Shown one piece after another: positions 59,101 through 64,000 of a stretch of 64,000 nucleotides of DNA. Source of the DNA: Hydrolagus colliei. Its lineage: Eukaryota. The position numbers and the translations under genes were made by a program. The stretch is taken from contig CM068756.1 in assembly GCA_035084275.1 (NCBI GenBank), positions 14,942,001-15,006,000 on the forward strand, given 5' to 3'. Under the pieces are notes generated by a model. It was not told where the DNA came from, ran no database searches, and saw only the letters and a program-made list of their open reading frames with translations. Each line of letters begins with the position of its first letter. Position 1 is the first letter of the stretch.

Positions 59101-62100
59101 TGTTTGTTTGGCTTTGTTTTTCGCTATCCACAACCATTTTTCTTCACCCCTTAACCTGCCATTTTGTCCCATTTACCGCCCACATCTTCTCCAGTGCTGC
59201 CTACCCCTGAACCAGTGCTCTTCCCATTGAACGTATCCCCTAAATATTTCCCTATTTACCCCAGCACCTATCTAGTACACCCCCCACCCCCTCCTCACAC
59301 ATCCCTTTCGAGGGTTCTACTATTGATAGCCATCCAGGTTTGTGAGTACAGTATTTACCTTTTCCATATATCCCTCCCAGAGCTTCATCTCTACAGACAA
59401 TGCCTTTTTGTTCCGCTCCACAGCAGTGTCATGCTGCTCGTTCTCTGGAACCCTCCAGTTGTAATAGATGACGGCGGCTGCAAGAAAAATATAATGCAAT
59501 CGTTTAGAATTAAAACATGATTGACTTGCTGGAATAAGGACTAACCAACTGGAATAGCCCTCGCTCTGAGCATGACTTTGTGTCTCACTTGTCTCCATAT
59601 TCATCTCTCAAATAATAATAATCCTTGCATTTGATATAGTGCTTTCCACGTCTTCTAGACGTCTCAAAGCGCATCACAGAATAGACTGTAAAGTGAATTG
59701 ACTATATATATGTGGCCGAAACGCAGCAGCCAGCTGCACACAGCAGTGTCCCACAAACAGTCGCAAATTGAAATGGCCAATTTTATTATTGTTTTTATTT
59801 TAGGGATTATTATTAGGCGTGTGGAGTAAGGAAACTTGCCCAAGGTTTCACCCTGCCTGGATTCAAACACAGATGTCACACTTGTAAGGCGAGTGTTCTA
59901 ACCCCTGAGCTACAAGACTCCACAAACACTCTGCAATCGTAATCTGTACATCAATAATCAAGTGGTAGCACATTGCTAACTGATAGAGGCGGTGGAACAA
60001 TAACCAACCGTCTGAAAGTTGGTCAGAGTTAAAGTGATCCAAAGCAATACTATTTTATACATAAAGAGTTAAGTTGGTTTGAAGTGAAACCAGGAAACAT
60101 TGCTGTACATGGTATGGTGGTGGAATGCACCGCCTCCAGGCTTTTGAATCAGATCAACTGAGAGAAAAATAAATACTCGAGAAGCAAAATTATCAAGGGA
60201 TGTGGAGCACTCATGAAACAGACAAATAAGCGCAGGGGCAGCTCAAAGTCCAAAGAGTAACATCAAGATTTGGCAAGATTGGCTCCACCCCTCTGCCTCC
60301 TGCCAACATGGCTCTGATTGGCAGAGTGGACTGTCAGTCATTTTCTGAATAAGACCAGCCAATTTTGACAGGATTCAACAACAACAACAAAATTACATTA
60401 TATATTACAATATAGCACCTTTCGCGTGGGGAGGACGTACAAGGCGCTGGATTCGTTGTGAGTCTCTCTACCAAACGGTCATTTGATCCAGTTCTCAAGT
60501 TTCACAAACACCAAACCTATATTATAGTCATCAACACTCTATAGATGTCAATCCAACAGAACAATATATTGGGCAGATCTGTAACCCAGCACCTGGCTCT
60601 ACAAGGTCCCAATTGTGAACCCAAGCAATCCTTCCGAATGGCTATGTTTATAACACCTAGACTTTGTTCCCAATATTAACATTAAGCATGGGTGGGGGAG
60701 GGTTTTAGTCTTTCTAAGTTTCACAGGCAAGAGAGCAGGGCCTTTTCAATCTTCAAGGGAAATATGGAGTTCTATAATCCAAAATCACATTCAGTGGGAC
60801 TTCACCAATTGAGAATGGCTATGTTCATGATACTGTTTGCTGGAGAATGGAGACTACAAGGCAAGGCAAACTCTCCATTTAATTTTAGATGCTCTAGTCA
60901 AACCTTTGTTATGTTAGCTTCAAATCCAGCACCACAGAACTATGTGCAATGGTCAGATTACAGCTTCCAAAGAGAAATTGGGCCAAATATTAAATTTGTC
61001 ATTTCTCACATTGATTGGATTAATTTAAAAACATGATGCTATATTGGGAAAATGATAATAGGACAAGTTTATCATTCTAGAAGGACAAGATCAAATGGCC
61101 TAATGGCCGCCCTCATCCAAATTGAATTAGCAAAAAGGCTTGAAGAGAAACAACGCAACTTTTTAAAGTATCAAAGCTTCCCCCGCCCCCACCTATGCCC
61201 CACACCCCACCCCCCCAACTAAATGTCTCTTCCATTGGAAAATAAAAGTACAGGTTACCCTTTTAGAGAAGGCAATTCACTTCAAAGCACACACATTCCA
61301 GGGATTTGTTCAGTTTGCCTTGGAGGTGGGGGGAAAGAAGGCGTTAGATGAGTCAAATGATTTCTGAAGGATAGTATTTATTTAGACACACTAATTTCTG
61401 TGGAATGGTTCTTTTCCGCCACAGAAGAGCAATTTCTCCTATCTTGACTTACTTAATGCACCCCTCGCTGCTCACTAACCCCCCACCCACACACACCCCA
61501 CCCCTTATAATTGAGGTGTTAAAATAACAACAGGGAATCAACAGGTTAGACATCATAAGGGGCAACGCCTTAATCCCAGTTAGAGTTGAGGTCAGGAGGC
61601 ATTTTGCCGTACAGAGAATTGTGAAGGTACATATCGCCGGTCCCAGAAAGCAGAGAGGCGGAATACGGATGTTATAAGCGGGATAGACAAGAGATTTGGA
61701 CACTCTAGCGCCATGAGCTGCCCCCCTGATGTGAACAGTGCTGTAAACACGTGTATTATATGAGCAAGTTGCTGTGTGTATTTGGAGGAGACCATTCGGT
61801 TTCAGTGCAGTGAGTAGTTGCCTTCAGACTTACCCAGCTTCTCCTGCAGAGTCAGAACCTCGAACGTTCTCTGCAAAACACTGGCCTGTTCACTCGGGCA
61901 GCTGGGGATGAGCTCGGTGCCCTGGGATTTGAACTGATTCTGCGAGAAGGAAAAACACATAATTACTGCTGGGAATAAAGCATTCCCTACTCAGACCTGG
62001 CGTACAGTACACGGTTCAGAGACAGGGTATGGGAGAGGGGAGGGGGCAAGGCACGAGAGAGTACAGAAAACAACAACTTGCATTTACATCATAACCCTTG

Positions 62101-63256
62101 CATTTGATATAACGCTTTACACGTCTCCTAGACGTCTCAAGGCGCCTCACAGAATATACTGTAAAGTGAATTGACTGTACGTTTGTGGGCGAAACACGGC
62201 AGCCAATTGCGCAGAGCAGCGTCCCCACAAAGATTGAAACAACCAATTTATTATTGAGGTTTTTTCCCAAGCGATTATTATCAGGCGTGCGCAGTAAAGT
62301 TTCACAATGCCCGGAATCGAACCCAGGGCTCTCGCTTGGTCTGACGCACTGAGCTATAGCACTCCTGCTCCGCCACCCCTCACCCTGGGGGGCCAGGGTC
62401 TGGGGGGGGGGGGGGGGGCAGGGGGAGTGAATGACTGAATAGTAATCAGCTGAGTGACAAACTGGGCATTCTGCTCCGGCCAGGATTGCTGCACTCCACT
62501 TGACAGTTCACTTGATTTCAATTGGGTTTGACTGAAATTGGGTCATTTCCAAAGGGAGTTGGATAGGTACTTGTAAAGGAAATATTTGCAAGGATATAGG
62601 AAGAGAATCGGGTTTGACTTGATTTGAATTGGGTTTGACAGAGTGGGGGAGACATTTGGGGGGTGGGATGGGGGAGGAGAGTTTGTGGGGATTGGCTTAC
62701 TTCCAAATACATGCAGACTCCATAGGACTCATTCAGGACCACGTCTCCATGGCGGAAGCTGGGCAGCTGGAAACACAGGGACAGGAAGGAAACGGGATTA
62801 CACAAGGGACTCGAACACGATCCGCCAAACAGACAGACAGACAGACAGAACAGAAAATCAGCGCGTTTTCTTCAGAGCTGCAGGTTAAAGCAAGTTTAGG
62901 AGCAGCTGAAATTCACAAAGATTGTACACTAAACATATTGCATTATATATACTGTGTGTACATATAGAGAGGGGGGGGGGGGGGGGGGGGATCACACGAA
63001 CACAATACTAATCCAAACAGTTTTTAAGAAATCTATGGTATAAAACATTGGGATAAAAGGTGTAATAATAATCCTCGCCCCCGGTCACCTGTCCTCTGGG
63101 GTTGATCTCCAGCACTTCCTTGGCTTTGTGCTCCTGCTTCTCGAACGACATGAGCTTGTGTTTGTATCCCGACAGCTGCTTCTCCTCCAGCGCCAGCATC
63201 ACCCTCCAGCAGGGAGGAGAGCCCGAGCCCCAGTACAGCAACATACTGTCAGCCAT
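56168..63256 (-). CDS. gstr: Glutathione S-transferase, rho class, complete six-exon gene, 226 aa
   Basis: complement(join(56168..56300,58450..58538,59359..59477,61834..61939,62701..62766,63089..63256)) = 681 nt, open, GT-AG, phases 0,0,1,0,2. MADSMLLYWGSGSPPCWRVMLALEEK...NPRGQLPSF...LNES...LWEGYMEK...RPSIQASWPPHW matches fish rho-class GST as I recall it. Confidence 0.93.
56500..57105 (-). repeat. Three tandem SINE 3' ends, period about 220 bp, in the last GST intron
   Basis: Repeated (TAA)nTCCTTGCATTTGATA...CTCTCAGTCAAAGAAATTGAAGCCTTTGGACC units starting near 56503, 56725 and 56945. Confidence 0.8.
57596..57727. other. Assembly gap (132 N) next to a purine-rich low-complexity tract
   Basis: Run of N in the sequence. 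Confidence 1.
59612..59922 (-). mobile_element. Full-length SINE in a GST intron (further copies near 57990-58150 and 62090-62365)
   Basis: Family tail, body and A/B-box head. Confidence 0.85.
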
Positions 63257-63371
63257 GGTACCCGCAGCGATCACTAGCTCACTGACTGACTGACTCACTG
63301 ACTAGCTCACTCACTCACTAACTATCTCACTCACTCACTAACCCTTCCCTCAACTCGCGGTGTGCGGCGGC

Positions 63372-63395
63372 TGGGCGGTCAATGCCGCTTATATA
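63372..63395 (-). promoter_or_regulatory. Candidate GST core promoter (TATATAA plus nearby GC box)
   Basis: TATATAA on the minus strand at 63389-63395, about 135 nt upstream of the ATG; GGGCGG nearby; CpG-rich context. Confidence 0.5.
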
Positions 63396-63649
63396 ACTAA
63401 CCCTCGCTGACACGCCCACCTCCCAGCTCCCTCTCTCTCTCCCTCTCTCTCTCACACACTCACACACACACGTACAGGATGACTTGGCATATTCCCATTT
63501 CATCTCCCTGTAAAGCAGGCGGCGCCCTGACCTCTACCTCACACACACACACACACCCACACACACAAGTTTTAAATAATGTAAATGTACAAACGTCTAT
63601 TTTCTCCTAACCTTCGCCAGGTTCCCCGCCCGGCTACGGCGGAGAAATA

Positions 63650-64000
63650 AATAAGAAATAAATGAGAATCCTCGCGTTTGATACAGCGCTTTTCACGTCT
63701 TCGAGACGCCGCAGAGCGCTTCACACAACAGACGGTAAACTACAGCAACGACGACGACGAGACGATGACACTTGTACAGCGGCTTTCACGTCAGGAGGAC
63801 ATCCCAAGGCGATGGACATTCCCCGAGCTGGGGACGGGGAGTGGGGGGAGGGGGAGGGGGGATTTGGGGTGACTGATCGGACCGTCGAACCGGAGGGTCT
63901 TGAGGCGGGACCTTGAAAGAGGCCGGGGAGGGGACGAGGTGGAGGGACTGAGGGAGGGAGTTCCAGAGGTTGGGGGCAGAGTGGCTGAAGGCTGGCCCAC
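63650..64000 (-). mobile_element. SINE tail followed by an L2 3' end upstream of GST
   Basis: TTTGATACAGCGCTTTTCACGTC and L2-type GGACATCCCAAGGCG...GAGTTCCAGAGG. Confidence 0.65.

Overview
Eukaryotic genomic DNA. The repeat content (tRNA-derived SINEs, L2/CR1 LINEs with (AAC)n tails, Penelope-like palindromes) points to a cartilaginous fish, probably a chimaera; this is an inference. Most ORFs in the supplied track are repeat noise, and the real genes are multi-exon and were assembled by hand from splice sites and intron phases. Positions 1-48 kb hold a tandem, same-strand cluster of non-rearranging Ig-superfamily receptors with leader / germline-joined VJ domain / C1 domain / TM architecture (SIRP-like, VJ-C1 type). 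Inhibitory-type and activating-type members occur in the order I0, I1, A2, I3, A4: the tail of inhibitory gene I0 (87-2093), complete inhibitory gene I1 (11230-20140, 407 aa, six cytoplasmic Tyr motifs), activating gene A2 (30173-33933, 261 aa, Arg in TM, 5-residue tail), headless inhibitory relic I3 (38292-43589) and activating relic A4 (47464-48116). Inhibitory tails are built from duplicated 117-nt phase-0 exons, each with two Tyr motifs. By my count the I1 and A2 V exons differ at 27 nonsynonymous versus 2 purely synonymous codons, while their C1 exons differ at 3 versus 7. An 18-19 kb segmental duplication, an intra-exon chimeric breakpoint, a microhomology deletion, two solo LTRs and a hAT-type MITE remodel the cluster. 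A complete six-exon rho-class glutathione S-transferase gene (minus strand, 56168-63256, 226 aa) closes the window. There is an assembly gap at 57596-57727.
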